This document shows, piece after piece, positions 28,132 through 42,171 of a DNA stretch of 64,000 nt. Position 1 is the stretch's first letter. Each line of letters opens with the position of its first letter. The stretch is from Octopus vulgaris. Taxonomy: Eukaryota. Position numbers and translations under genes: made by a program. The DNA is taken from NCBI GenBank assembly GCA_951406725.2, contig OX597819.1, positions 35,774,001 through 35,838,000 of the forward strand, in the 5' to 3' direction. The notes under the pieces are model-generated. The model had not been told where the DNA came from. It ran no database searches and saw only the letters and a list, made by a program, of their open reading frames with translations.

Positions 28132-28456
28132 AAACAATTGCAGCGTGGAAGGTGTTTGTAAGCCATCTAAGAGACACACAAAAGCCGTTCGATTCACTTC
28201 AACATTTAAGTTTAATTTGTCAAAATATTTTCGTCGCTTTAAGATTTTTGCAGCACGGATTTTTGTCAGTGAACAGGTCGCAGTCTTATAGCGACAAAAA
28301 TATTTTGACAAATTAAATTTAAATGTTGAAGTGAATCGAACGGCTTTTGTGTGTTTCTTAAATGGCTTACAAACACCTTCCACGCTGCAATTGTTTTCGT
28401 TTCAGCACACACGATCTCAGATCAAATCACTTGCTATGCAAGTACATCTCTGTAAT
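28132..28456. mobile_element. Fold-back element in (TA)n, same family as 61238-61610
   Basis: Arms ~28132-28244 and ~28285-28396 are reverse complements; flanked by (TA)n. Confidence 0.85.
28262..28312 (+). ncRNA. Hammerhead-like motif with G3-C8 core
   Basis: TTTGTCA GTGAACA G GTCGC-loop-GCGAC AAAA ATAT TT TGACAAA. G12 is A in this copy but G in the mirror arm and at 61515. Confidence 0.6.
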
Positions 28457-29018
28457 ATATATATATATGTGTGTGTATAACAAGTATTTAGGAAGTTTCT
28501 AATGGAAAGAGGTCGCTCTTTCACAGGGATGTATTTTATCCAAGAGTACACTGGTTTAGCTTCATATTGATTAATGTACTTTGGGTTTAATTAATTTGTG
28601 TTTGTATTAGTGTTAACACTTATGAAGTCCCAGATCTCGTTATAGATGTTTTCATCCATTTGATATAAGAGATCAGAATTTTAATAATATAATATAAGGA
28701 AAATAGATAGTTTGAACACAGGAAAATCAATTTATTTATATAATAGTCAGTTTCATATCACCTACGTATGTTTCAATTTCTTACCTTCATTAATATTTTG
28801 CAACTAAGATTGCATAATGCATTTAAAAATCTCTTCAGGGCAAAAATATTCGTTCACATCCTAATGAATGGAGAGTTTCTTACAGACCAAGATAGCAGCA
28901 TGCTTTTGTGTGTAAAGAACTAATTGCTTATCCATACTTGAATATCTATTTATCTTTGTGTAACAAAAAGATATATGTTTATAAGCAGCCATTTGTATTG
29001 TACCATTTTGCATAGTTC

Positions 29019-29330
29019 ATGGAGGCACATGGTCTAGTGGTTAGAGCAGCGGACTCACGGTCGAGAGATCGCGGGTTCGAATCTCAGATTGGGCGGTGTG
29101 TGTGTTTATGAGATAAACACCTAAGCTCCACGCGGCTCTGGCAGAAGGTAATGGCGAAACTTCTGCTGATTCTTTTGCCACAGCTTTCTCTCACTCTTTC
29201 CTCCTGCATCTTGCAGCTCACCTGCAACGGACCGGCATCACGTCCAGGTGGGGAACCTCTACGCCAAGAAACCGGGAAAACTAGCCCTTATGAGCCAGGC
29301 ATGACTCGAGAAGGAACAAACAAAAAAAAA
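29019..29330 (+). mobile_element. tRNA-derived SINE, family 3
   Basis: A box tggtctagtgg, B box ggttcgaatc, A-rich tail, TSD ttttgcatagtt; second copy at 34393-34700 with TSD aaaacagccagt. Confidence 0.9.
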
Positions 29331-29431
29331 TTTTGCATAGTTTGGATTTTAATAACCCAATCACTATCTTGCAATCTCAGTCTGTGAGCAACTCTCCATT
29401 CATTAGGATGTGAACAAATATTTGTCAATTT

Positions 29432-29524
29432 TTGCCCTGAAGAAATTTTTTCATTTTAAATGCATAATGCAATCTTAATTGCAAAACATGAATGAAAGTA
29501 GGAAATTGAAACGTACGTAGGCAA
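29432..29524 (+). ncRNA. Type I hammerhead ribozyme with extended stem II
   Basis: TTGCC CTGAAGA AATTT-(~54 nt)-AAATT GAAA CGTACG TA GGCAA; mirror copy at ~28758-28843 (-). Confidence 0.78.
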
Positions 29525-29847
29525 TATAAAATTGACTATTGTGTATATAAATTGATTTTTTTATGTTCAAACCCTCCATTTTCCTTATATCATATTATAT
29601 ATGTATATTTATATATATAATAGCTATAATTATATATTATTTATATAATATATTGTCTAAAGTAAGTAAATCTAAACAACTGACTGAAAAAAGATGAGCT
29701 GAACCACTGGGAATTGAACATGACATCAATGTTTACATAGCTCGGTATGCTCCCACTTCAGCCACATAGCTGACCCATCAATTTCAGCTGATTTTGATGT
29801 ATAGATAATTTTAGTCTAATATATATATCTATATTTATAGATATATA

Positions 29848-29910
<63 letters not shown>

Positions 29911-29963
29911 GTGTGTATGTGTGTGTATATATATATATACACACACATACATACATACATACA

Positions 29964-29997
<34 letters not shown>

Positions 29998-30171
29998 CAT
30001 ACATACATGCGTACATACATATACACACAGCTTCAACCGTGTTTTTCTGACGTGAATTTGCTACCCAGGTATCGGTTAACCGAATTATCCATACTAAGAT
30101 AAATCATTCAACTACTTATATATGTATATATATATATTGTGCCCCATCATGCCCACAGCTTTGAGCTGAAA

Positions 30172-30220
<49 letters not shown>

Positions 30221-31739
30221 GAATACTAAAAATGGGATGAGAACACAAAACATCCAGACAGATGATACAAAAGAGGGACAAGAAAAAACACAGATGGATC
30301 ATTTGAAGTTTTCTTTCCTCAGTTGAGTTCCAGATTATCTTTGCAATTTTGACTGGTTATATTTGAGATTGCCCCAATCTGGCCAGCTCCAAGGAAAACT
30401 AAGCTAAGTGCATTAGATTCCTTGGAAGAAAGCAGCAAATGTATATGAAAGCAAGGATGGAAAAAAAACTGAGAACTGGCACACAAATACAAATGCAAAT
30501 AACAGGACATAACAACAGGTGTCTTTCGACTAAAGGAAAATTAAATTAAGCTGGCATGTGTGAAAGTGAAGCCTTACGGCAGGGACATAAGAGATGACAG
30601 GCATGGGGAGGAATATAGATGTTGCGTGGATGGTAGTCAAACTAAGAAAGAAAGGTCAGGCTTGGCCAAACACTGGTCACGTGGGGAGAGAGAAGAGTGG
30701 CAGAGGCAGAGCAACAGAAGAATTAGGGAGGGATGAGAAAAGAGAGAGAGAGAGAGAGAGTGAAGTGAAAGAGGAGGGAATGAAGAGAAAGCCAGAAAAT
30801 GTGAGAGTGGGGGAACGAAAGAACAAAGAGTGGAAAGAACGAAGTAAGTGTGAAGAAGCTGATAGAAAGAAAAAATGAAAGAATAAGAGTCATATATATA
30901 TATATTCAGAAACTCGAGTCTGTGTGTATCATAAATTGAAGACGGGAAGGATGGCTTCCCTTTGCAAATACTGATAGGGCACAGAAAGTGTGTCTATAGC
31001 CAGCTGGAGGAGGTGTCCTCCTGGGGCTACAAACTACAGTAGCATCTACCCTTAAGGGTTAGCCATATTTAAATGGCAAATATACGTATATATATATATA
31101 TATTTGTATATAAATGTATATGTATATGTGTGTGTGTGTGTGTGTGTGTATGCCTCTATATGTGTCTGCCTTACATCTTTAGAAATTGTGTCTAGATTTG
31201 ATAATAAAATCATGAGATATAAGACAGAATGATTAAGTGACTGATAATGTGCACTCCTGTACTCTATATATGCTTGAAATGTATGGGCAAATGTGCTCAC
31301 ACAAAACAGGTTTAATGCACACATAAACATATGCTTACACATACATGTGCACATGTATTAACCTCCTCCTCCTCCTGCTCCTCCTCCTGCTCCTCCTCCT
31401 CCTCATCATCATCATCACTGACATCATTTAGCCTATTTTTTTTTTTCCCATGCTGACATGGGTTGGATAGCTTGACACAGTCAAATCAAGAATGGGTTTG
31501 CACTAACTTCCAGTTTCTGCTTTGGCATGAATTCTTCATTTGGATGACCTTAACACCAACCATTTTACAGAGTGTACGGGGTGTCCTTTTCATGGTACCA
31601 GCATTGATGAGGGTGCCAAACATCCCCTAACCTATACCCACCTCAAGGGAGTGATGAGGTGATAAGAATTGAGCAATTGGAATGTAAAGTAGAGAAACAG
31701 TAGCAGGTGTCTTGCTGAAGAGGTGAGCACATGACTTCC

Positions 31740-32039
31740 CCTGAGAAAGAGAGAGAGCAAGAGAGAGAGAAGAAGAGAGAGAAGAAGAGAGAGAGAAGAA
31801 TAGAGAGAGAGAGAGGGAGAAGAAGAAGAGAGAGAGAGAAGAAGAGAGAGAGAAGAAGAGAGAGAGAAGAAGAGAGAGAGAAGAAGAGAGAGAGAAGAAG
31901 AGAGAGAGAAGAAGAGAGAGAGAGAGAGAGATGTGAGGTAATGGTACAAGGTGAATATGAAAGAGAATAAGATAGAGAAGCATAAAAGGTGGATGTGTTA
32001 GCAAGTGCAGAGAGAGAGAAAGAGAGAAAAAGAGAGGGG

Positions 32040-32100
<61 letters not shown>
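31740..32100. repeat. (GA)n/(GAA)-rich polypurine repeats
   Basis: Direct reading. Confidence 0.95.
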
Positions 32101-32104
<4 letters not shown>

Positions 32105-32239
32105 TAGTGTGACAGATGATTAGAGTTATGAAATGAATTTGATGCAGAGAACATCAATTCAGCAGAAGGGAAGCGAAGGAAGGAAGGAAGGAAGGAGCTG
32201 CTGAAGACTAGCAGAAAAGTGGATGTTAGGAGATGTGTT

Positions 32240-32440
32240 GCTGGGGACGGTTTGACAAGAACATCCATTCTGTCCTTGACCATAGATGGACAAGGTCAGT
32301 TTTCTCCAGCAGAGCATATCACCATTCATCTTGGTTCTCCATCATCACTTTTGAAGGCTCAACACTTTGAGGTCAGTCTTCACCACTTCATCCCATATCT
32401 TCCAAGATTTTCTTCTTCCACAGACACCTTCTATGTTTAG
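32240..32440 (-). mobile_element. RTE LINE 3' fragment
   Basis: SLNIEGVCGRRKSWKIWDEVVKTDLKVLSL resembles the RTE C-terminus (RGRPxxxW). Confidence 0.65.
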
Positions 32441-32461
32441 TGAATGCGCGCGCGCGTGCGC

Positions 32462-32494
<33 letters not shown>

Positions 32495-32645
32495 TGTGTG
32501 TGTATTGTTATATTTTAGGATGGTCATTTTTGTCTTGCCAAATAAACACATGCACTATATATTTGCTATTCCTTTGTTTATTATTGTTCTTATGTATATA
32601 TATGTATATATATATATATGTATATTTATATATATGTATATATAT

Positions 32646-32764
32646 ATTTATCTATACAATATGTTACATTACTCGGTAGTCAAGATAAAACTCTGAGTTT
32701 CAGATGCCGGAACTCAGAGTTTTATCTTGACTACCGAGTAATGTAACATATTGTATAGATAAAT
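32646..32764. repeat. Perfect 54-bp-arm inverted repeat in (TA)n
   Basis: 32646-32699 is the reverse complement of 32711-32764. Confidence 0.9.
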
Positions 32765-32843
32765 TTCCTCTATTTACATAATATTGAGGTCTCTTTCTTT
32801 CTTTTGTTATCTTACCGTTTTATCAATATATATATATTTATAT

Positions 32844-33235
32844 ATTTATTATATAGAAGGAGCTTCTACAGGACTAGAACTGTTTCATTCAAGAGAAATC
32901 ATCAGGAAGCTAGTTAACAAGAATTGTATTGGCATTTATACATTTAGGCAGGTTTAAAGGGGTGGTGGTGGGGGACTTTTTGGGGGTAGGTATAGCGCAA
33001 AAATATCATACTTGGGGGAGTGGTCAAGGAGTCAGTGGTAAATTAGATAAAAGAATAAATAAAATAATAAAAAAATAATAAAAGAATAAAAAAATATATA
33101 GAAGAATAGAGTTTTAGGTAAATAAGGAGATTCTCACTTATACATATACACATATGTATACATATACACACACACACACACATATACATACACACATACA
33201 CACACACATATATATATACATACATATATACACAC

Positions 33236-33280
<45 letters not shown>

Positions 33281-33446
33281 CATATGCATATATATATACA
33301 CACACACATGTATATATACACACACGACCACACATACATATACACACAAAAATATATACATACACACACATACACACATACACACACATATCCACATACA
33401 CACATGCACACACAAGTCCCTATGTACACATATATACACACACATA

Positions 33447-33478
<32 letters not shown>

Positions 33479-33790
33479 CATATGTGTACCTATACATACC
33501 TACACATACACACATATACATACAAATACAAACCCATTCCCTAATTTTAATTTTATGATATTTTTGCGCTATACCTACCCCCAAAAAGTCCCCCACCACC
33601 ACCCCTTTAAACCTGCCTAAATGTATAAATGCCAATACAATTCTTGTTAACTAGCTTCCTGATAATTTCTCTTGAATGAAACAGTTCTAGTCCTGTAGAA
33701 GCTCCTTCTATATAATAAATTAATTTTACTCTGCTATGTATTGAGTACCTTATTTACTGTGGTTAAACCCGAATCAACCCGGGACCTACA
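32844..33790. mobile_element. Inverted-repeat element around a (TA/CA)n core
   Basis: ~32844-33010 is the reverse complement of ~33554-33720. Confidence 0.9.
32861..32911 (-). ncRNA. Type I hammerhead ribozyme
   Basis: AGCTTC CTGATGA tTTCtcttGAAt GAAA CAGttctagtcCTG TA GAAGCT; GUA site. The plus-strand copy at 33653-33703 has CTGATAA. Confidence 0.8.
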
Positions 33791-33863
33791 TATATATTTA
33801 TATATATATATGTATGTATATATGTATGTATATATATATATTTATATATATACATATATATAT

Positions 33864-33901
<38 letters not shown>

Positions 33902-33932
33902 ACACACATATATACATATGTATATATACACA

Positions 33933-33982
<50 letters not shown>

Positions 33983-35163
33983 AATTACATGCACACACAC
34001 ACACAAACGCACACACAAACATACACACACGCACACACACACACACACACACAAGATAAAGTGATGAAAAAGGATCTTCAGACTCTTGGCCTCACTGAGG
34101 AGATGACAAGGGACCGAGACCTCTGGTGATTTTCTGTACTTCAGAAGACATGTCAAGCTAAGTAAAATCGTGGCCATCCATACATAAAGGTATGTTCTTT
34201 ATAGCCATGCCCACACTCCCTCTCCCGGCTGAAAGGTCTTTGTCTTGCAGGTGCCATATAGAATGCACTTGTGCTGGTGCCATGTAAGATGCACTTATGT
34301 TGGCACCACATAAAAAGCACCCAGTACACTCAGTAAAGTAATTAGCATTAGGAAGGACATTCAACCATACAAACCATTGCAAAACAGCCAGTGGGAGGCA
34401 CATAGCCAAGTGGTTAGAGCAGCGGACTCGCGGTCGAGGGATTGCGGTTTTGAATCTCAGACCAGATGATGTGTGTGTTTATGAGTGAAACACCTAAGCT
34501 CCACGCAGCTCCGGCAGAAGGTAATGGCGAAACTTCTGCTGACTCTTTCACCACAACTTTCTCTCACTCTTTCCTCCTGCATCTTGCAGCTCACCTGCGA
34601 TGGACTGGCGTCCCATCCAGGTGGGGAAACTATGCGCCAAGAAACCGGGAAACCGGCCCTTATGAGCCAGACATGGCTCGAGAAGGAACAAAAAAAAAAA
34701 CAGCCAGTTGGAGCCTGGACAGCTCTATGGCCGGCTAGCTCCTATCAAACCATCTAATCCATGCCAGCATGGAAAGCAGACATTAAACGATGACAACGAC
34801 GACGATGATGATGATGATGACGATGAGGATGATAATAATGATACGTACATATGCTGTTTAGAGATTTCCCTAGGCAGAGGAATATACTCCCATATGCATA
34901 TGTATCTCTGAAATGCTAAAACATGAAAACACACCTCTGCTGAATGAAATCTCTAAACATTATTCAATAACTATTTCATTAAGAAAGAGGAGACTGAGAG
35001 CTATGGGTATAGAAGAACTGGTTATTTTGATATGTTAAGCTACTCTGAGAAACAAACCAGCACTGAGAATGGACCAGAGTGTCACCCAAGCAATAAATTA
35101 AAGAAAAAAATAATACTGTGTAGAAGCTGAGAATAGCTGAGATACATATGCATATGGGAGTAA

Positions 35164-35515
35164 TACCACTGCATTATGGAAGGTAGGGAACATACAGAAG
35201 TCGTACATATGTGTGTATGTATGTGTGTGTGTGCATACACATACACATACACATACATGTTTTTAATTTTTCTTTAAAGTCAAAACAACGTGAATTATAA
35301 GAAATAATACAAGAAGATATTTTGTACTTTTACCATGTATTTCAATTTTTCGAGGATAGGACCCCTTCTTCGGGCACTTTTTTGAGAAATGGTGTAGTAA
35401 TATGCAATGTTTTGGCATTACCAAAAAAAAAATCAAGAATGTTTATGTGTATCAGACAATACTTCATACCAACTATATTAATCTCTTTCTCTGTTTATTT
35501 TTATATACATACATA
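35164..35515. repeat. ~350-bp direct repeat, copy 1
   Basis: Highly similar to 38599-38955. Confidence 0.9.
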
Positions 35516-35519
35516 TTGT

Positions 35520-35890
35520 TTACCGTAAGAATAAGATGGGTGAAGTATTCTGAACTGCAAGGCAGTATAGGCAGTGTGTTTGTATGGTTCAAGAAGGATC
35601 AAGACTTTTAGTGAGAGGTCCAAAATGATGTAGATTGACTTTGCATATGAAAAAGACAAGGTGGTATAACTATGAAAGATTGTTGAATGATTTGTGTGTG
35701 AAAGTGGGGAACTACTACAATCAGAGCTGTCAGAGCAACCAGCTGTGTGGTAAGTAGCTTGCTTACCAACCACATGGTTCCGGGTTCAGTCCCACTGCAT
35801 GGCATCTTGGATAAGTGTCTTCTACTATAGCCTCGGGCCGACCAAAGCCTTGTGAGTGGATTTGGTAGACGGAAACTGAAAGAAGCCCGT

Positions 35891-35943
<53 letters not shown>

Positions 35944-37230
35944 TTGTGTGTCTGTGTTTGTCCCCCCAACAACGCTTGACAACCGATGTTGGTGTGTTTA
36001 CATCCCTGTAACTTAGTGGTTCGGCAAAAGAGACCGATAGAATAAGTACTAGGCTTACAAAGAATAAGTCCTAGGGTTGATTTGCTTGATTAAAGGCGGT
36101 GCTCCAGCATGGCTGCAGTCAAATGACTGAAACAAGTAGAAGAGTAAAAGAGTAAAAGAGTATAGTTAGCAAGGCTATTAAATAAATGAGAACACAAAGC
36201 AGCAGATCCATTAAGGATATTTGTTGCAATGTCAAAAGATTATCTAGGTTGTATGTTAATTATTTCTTAAGTTGATTAGATAATAGCAATATTGTTAAAC
36301 ATAGTAGTGGCACACTGTCAGTTACAATGACAAGGGTTCCAGTTGATCCAATCAACAGAACAGCCTGCTCATGAAATTAATGTGCAAGTGGCTGAGCACT
36401 CCACAGACACATGTACCCTTAACGTTAGTTCTCGAGGAGATTCAGTGTGACACAGTGTGTGACAAGGCTGGCCCTTTGAAATACACGTACAACGGAAACA
36501 GGAAGAAAGAATGAGAGAAAGTTGTGGTGAAAGAGTACAGTAGGGTTCGTCGCCACCCCACTGCCGAAGCCATGTTGAGCTTTAGGTGTTTTTGCCCAAT
36601 AAACACTCACAACGCCTGGTCTGGGAATTGAAACCGCAAGTCTACTGCCCTAACCACTCGGTCGTTGCACCTCCACCTTGTTAAATGTACTGTGGAAGTG
36701 AAATTACAGAAGTTCATTGCTAAAGGATAAAGTATTGTATGTAACTGGGAGTGTTTTATCAAAGTTATCTCAAGAAAGAAGATTAACCTGGATAAATTGT
36801 AGTGTGGGCTGCACTAATTTATGGGACAACAAATTTTTTAGTTAGGAAATGACAAGAAAAATATTAGCTTAAAACAAACCTCTCTACTTTGTATCTGGCA
36901 ATCTGTAGAAAGCATTTGATAAGGTCCTAGGCCCTCTTGTGAAGGATAATAAAGCTTGGTGTAAATGAAAACTTGTGAGATTGATTCAGTTATGTAGGAG
37001 GGCAGTCGGAGTGAAGTTAGAATTAACAGAAAGTTTGGCAAGGAATGTAGTTTGGAAGAATTTGTCAACCAGGGATCTATCCTGAATCCCCTACAGTTTA
37101 TAATTAGCCTTGAAACTATAGCACAAGAATTTATTTTATATGTGGGGAAAGTTTTATAAACTGTGGATTTGTTATTTATTGAGAATCTGTTAAAACTTCT
37201 AATTCTAAAGGAATAATCCAAAACAGAAAG
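35520..37230 (+). pseudogene. Degraded RTE LINE reverse transcriptase region interrupted by SINEs
   Basis: KPLYFVSGNL*KAFDKV and VNQGSILNPLQFII resemble the RT motifs DLEKAFD and QGSxLSPxLF. Confidence 0.65.
35742..36162 (+). mobile_element. Family 2 SINE, near full length
   Basis: gctgtgtggtaagtagc head, ggttcagtccc B-box-like motif, internal (TA)n(TG)n, (aaaagagt)n tail. Confidence 0.85.
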
Positions 37231-38598
37231 ATTCTAAGGCAAAGATTCTCTGTGTTCCATACCACATTCCTCCCCTTGTGATGACCTACTTCCCTAATTC
37301 CTAAAATTCCTCCCCTTATTTTGAACAGCTATCAAGTAATTTTTTCCCCTATTGTATCTTTCACAGTTGTAATCATTAAAACAATTTATGAACCTTTTTA
37401 TTAATGACAAAAATACAGAAAAACTTTATCTCAATGAGTCATAAAACTCCTATTTGATTTAATATGGGAAGGCTGAAAGTACTTTATTATTACTGTTTCA
37501 CCCAAAAATCTGGCAAGTAGATGTCAAATTTTGTGAATTACTCATATTACCAGTGAAAGTTTTTCACGTTTTTCGTATATATTGAAGGTGACAAATCTCA
37601 TCTAAGTATGTGATCGACCCTGAGTAAATCCATTGACAAAGCCCAAAGAAGCCAAAATGCATTGGTTGTTCTTGCTATATAGAATATATAGCATGTAGAA
37701 TATTACCCTTGGGTGGTAAAAGTTGAAGGATGCCTTTCTTTGAACATCCAAAGAGTTTTTCAACTTAAAAACTATATGCTATTATTTATAGCTTTATGAG
37801 CGTGCTTGAAGATATTCAAGTATGCAGTCATTGAACAATGTGGGTTGAGACATGAGGTGTTGTGAGGTGTAGGTCAGAGGCCTATAAATTCATACAACAG
37901 TTGGTTCTCACTGAACTGTGACCACTGGCAAGCAAACAAAATAACTATATATAGCTCATGTCAGTCATAGAAAAGGGGCGCCAAAAATGAAATTATTAAT
38001 GACAATCTCATTCGTGGTTTGTCCAAAAAGTGCTTGTTTATGACACTGGGCTTTAAGGAGTTAAACTTCTCTTTAGTCTATTGACTTAAATGGTCAATGC
38101 TTTGCTGATGTCATCAACTCTTGACAACACCCTCTTTCTGTTATTGTTATTTCAATAAGTGAATAAAGTAACTCAGTTTTGATTCCTAGGCAGTGAGTTG
38201 GTGTTTGGTACTCTGCCAAATATTCTTGCTCCACATAGATATTCACAGAAATATTACTAACTGTGCAATGTAAGTGTGGATCAATGAAATAACTAGGGCA
38301 AGTAGGAAATTGTGGGATAGATAGCAATGACTACAGTAATAAATATTGAATATATTAATGATGATGATGATGATGATGATAAGCACTTTAAGCCCAACAG
38401 GCACTGTTCTCACTAAAATTTAATAAAAGTATTGTTTCACACAATTATGAAACCTAATATTTTTAGAAAGAAGATAAATGGAATTGTGTTGATTTTTGTA
38501 TTTTTTCTCAGTAATTAGTGATATAAGTGAGGGAAATGATGGGAAGTAGTTCTAATTGAGTTTTGAAACGGAGATGGGGTGCATCATTTAGTGATACT

Positions 38599-39126
<528 letters not shown>

Positions 39127-39159
39127 TATAAATATATATACATATATATATATATATAT

Positions 39160-39199
<40 letters not shown>

Positions 39200-39243
39200 G
39201 TATGTATGTCTCTTTATTTCTATATACATACGTGCATACATAC

Positions 39244-39301
<58 letters not shown>

Positions 39302-40919
39302 CATGTATACATGTACACACATGCACAGAATGCCACATCATATTGTCATGAATCTATGTTGTTTTGATTTAAATTGTCATTCTATGTCATATTTAACATA
39401 AGTGATATATAATTTTAAATAACAATATACGATTTATAATTTTGCTTATTCCAGCAATTTTAGACATAGTCAAGCTGCCCCAATTACAACCTCCTAAAGT
39501 TTTACTTATTCATTAGTATAACAGAAGCATTCTTAGATTCAGGATGTCCTACTTTTCAGTCGTGTAACCTTTGATTTTCACTTCTTAATAAGGATGCTAC
39601 AGAAAAGAATTGTAGTCTGGTGCACTAAATAAAAGAGAGAATGTAAATGTATAGCGTATCATTTGATTGCAGTGGTGACCTTAAAGCCTCCTTTGGATAA
39701 AACTTATGCAAGAATGAAGAGGTACCGTAATACTGGAGACTTGTGTGTGGTGAAAACCTCTTGTTTTTGAACTAGTGTTTTCAGAGATTAGAGTGTTGAC
39801 CTAGCTGACCTCTTCTTCTTGCAGTGATGGTGAAGTTGTTTATTGAGGATGAGGAAGAGAACATATCAGAAGGATATCATCAGCAATACTAACAACAGTA
39901 AACAAAAACAATAACAATAGCAGCAGTAACTATAACAACAATAACAATCCTTTCTACTATAAGCACAAGGCTTGAAAATAATTTTTTTTTTTTCCTTCTT
40001 TTTGTGAGGCAGCAGCAGTTGATTAAATCAACCCCAGTACTCAGCTGGTACATATTGTATCAGCCCTGAAAGGATGAAAGGCAAAGTCAACCATATCCTC
40101 CTCCTCCCATCATCATCATCACCATCACCATCACCATCACCAACATCATCATCATCACCCTCCTCCTCCTCCTCCTCTCATCATCATCATCATCATCATC
40201 ATCACCATCATCATCATCACCCCCCTCCTCCTCCTCCTCTTCCCATTATCATCATCATCACCCTCCTCCTCTTCCTCCGCCTTCTCCTCCTCGTCATCGT
40301 CATTTAACCTGTTTTCCCATGCTGGCATGGGTTGGACAGTTCCACATTAACAAGTAAGTCGGAAGATTGCACAGATCTCCGCTGTCTGTATCAACATGGT
40401 TTCTATGATTACCTTTCCTGTCACAGCAGTGATGTCACCAAACAATTTGTAAGACAAAACCTCCCCTGCCCCCGCCATTAAGCGAGGGGAAGCTTTGTGA
40501 AATTTGAACTCAGAACATAAAGAAGGGAAAAATAAGGATGTTGCTAAGAATTTTGTTCTGCATGCCAATGATTCCAACACCTCATCACCTTAATAACAAC
40601 AATGACAATAGGTTTCAAATTTTGGCACAAGGCCAGCAATTCTAGAGAAGGGTTATGCCGATTACATTGACTCCAGTCCTCAATTGGTACTTATTTTATC
40701 GATCTCTGAAAGGATGAAAGGCACTGTCAACCTTGGTGGAATTTGAACACAGAACGTAAAGATGGACAAAATGTTACTAAGCCTTTTGTCTGGTGTGCTA
40801 ACAATTCTGTCAGCTTTCCACCTTAATAACAATAATAATAATGATTTCTTTTATTTGTCACCAGAGTGAACGATGAGGGGGGACAGTACAAAGACAGACA
40901 TAAAGTGCAGGGGTTTTAC

Positions 40920-41620
40920 ATATAATGGAATGATTTCTTTGGTGAGAAACTGGCATATCTTTTTCTCTTAGCGTTAATTTCCATAATTTCTGTCAGTTTT
41001 CTTTTCCTGCAGTAACAATTCTGTTAACTTCTGCAGTTGTTGCTGCTGCTACTGTAGTTGCTGCTGCTGCTGTAGTTGCTGCTGCTGCTGTAGTTGCTGC
41101 TGCTGCTGTAGTTGCTGCTGCTGCTGTAGTTGCTGCTGCTGCTTGTTTGTTGAGTGAAGCGGTCTTCGTGAGAGAATTCCAAAACGTGGTCCTTTGCTAT
41201 TCGTATGACCCGCAGAAGAGAAAGCAGGTTAACCCCCGACACCGAGAGCATCGACGGATGTACGAATGCACATCCAGGCTCAGCGATTGCGTAGGAAGTC
41301 GGGGACAAGTAACAGGAAGAAAGAGTGAGAGAAAGTTGGAGCGAAAGAGTACAACAGGGGTCGCCACCACCCCCTGCCGGAGCTTCGTGGAGCTGCTGCT
41401 GCTGCTCTTGTTGTTTTACATCTGCTTTCAGTAACTCTTCCATTTCGGTACTATTTGAAACCTTGTCGCCACTGTTATATCGCAATATTACACAGTGGTT
41501 CTGTGAGCTACGAAATCCTCATCTCCACTGTTATGTTGCATGTTCAGATGCCTTCTACTCAACACTACTCTGCTCTACTCTTGACATCTAGGCGTCTCCC
41601 TCTATATCTATGTATTGTGA
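40920..41620 (-). mobile_element. 5' fragment of a third Gypsy element (LTR part, PBS, polyQ gag start), SINE inserted
   Basis: LTR end ...taaca (41473) followed by g-TGGCGACAAGG PBS; MEELLKADVKQQEQQQQ; (CAGCAGCAGCAGCAACTA)n repeats; family 3 SINE at ~41145-41395. Confidence 0.7.
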
Positions 41621-42171
41621 AGGCAGTGTAGCCCTATTTCATCTGTCGTTACATTCCGAGTTTGAATTCCGCCGAGGTCAACTTTGCCTTTCATTCTGGG
41701 TCGATAAATTATGTACCAGCTATGCACTGGGGTCGATGTAATCGACTTAATCCCCTTGTCTGTCCTTGTTTGTCCCCTCTGTGTGTAGCTCCTTGTGGGT
41801 AGTCAAGAAATATATATCTATGTATTGGGCTAGCCTACATCATCATCTGGGGGTGTCCACACAACAATGATGATGATGGCAATCTCTTGTCTGAGAAAGA
41901 AGATCGTGCAATTTCTTGCTGAACAACCTGTACAAATGATTTGTTTCATAGTGGCCAAATATTTGTGTTTGTACATTAGCTCACTCTCTCCATCAAGTTG
42001 ATGTTGTCTGAACAGGTGCATAGTGCACCACACATCAGGTGTCGAAGTGACTGTAGAGCAGTGTGAGATGAAGTGTTTTGCTCAAGAGCACAATGCAATA
42101 CCCAGTACAGGAACTGAAACTACAATCTCATGAGTGTCATTATCATCATCGTTTAACGTCCACTTTCCATG

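Larger units (their letters stand above)
28685..29600. mobile_element. Diverged inverted-repeat element (arms ~28685-28895 and ~29372-29600)
   Basis: Arms align as reverse complements; each carries an HHR fold. Confidence 0.8.

Noticed and set aside
29019-29095. tRNA-like head as a tRNA gene
   Set aside because: It continues into a SINE body with A-tail and TSD, and is repeated at 34393.
41030-41145. Regular 18-bp repeats as a CRISPR-like array
   Set aside because: No unique spacers; this is a polyQ-coding minisatellite in a eukaryotic retrotransposon.
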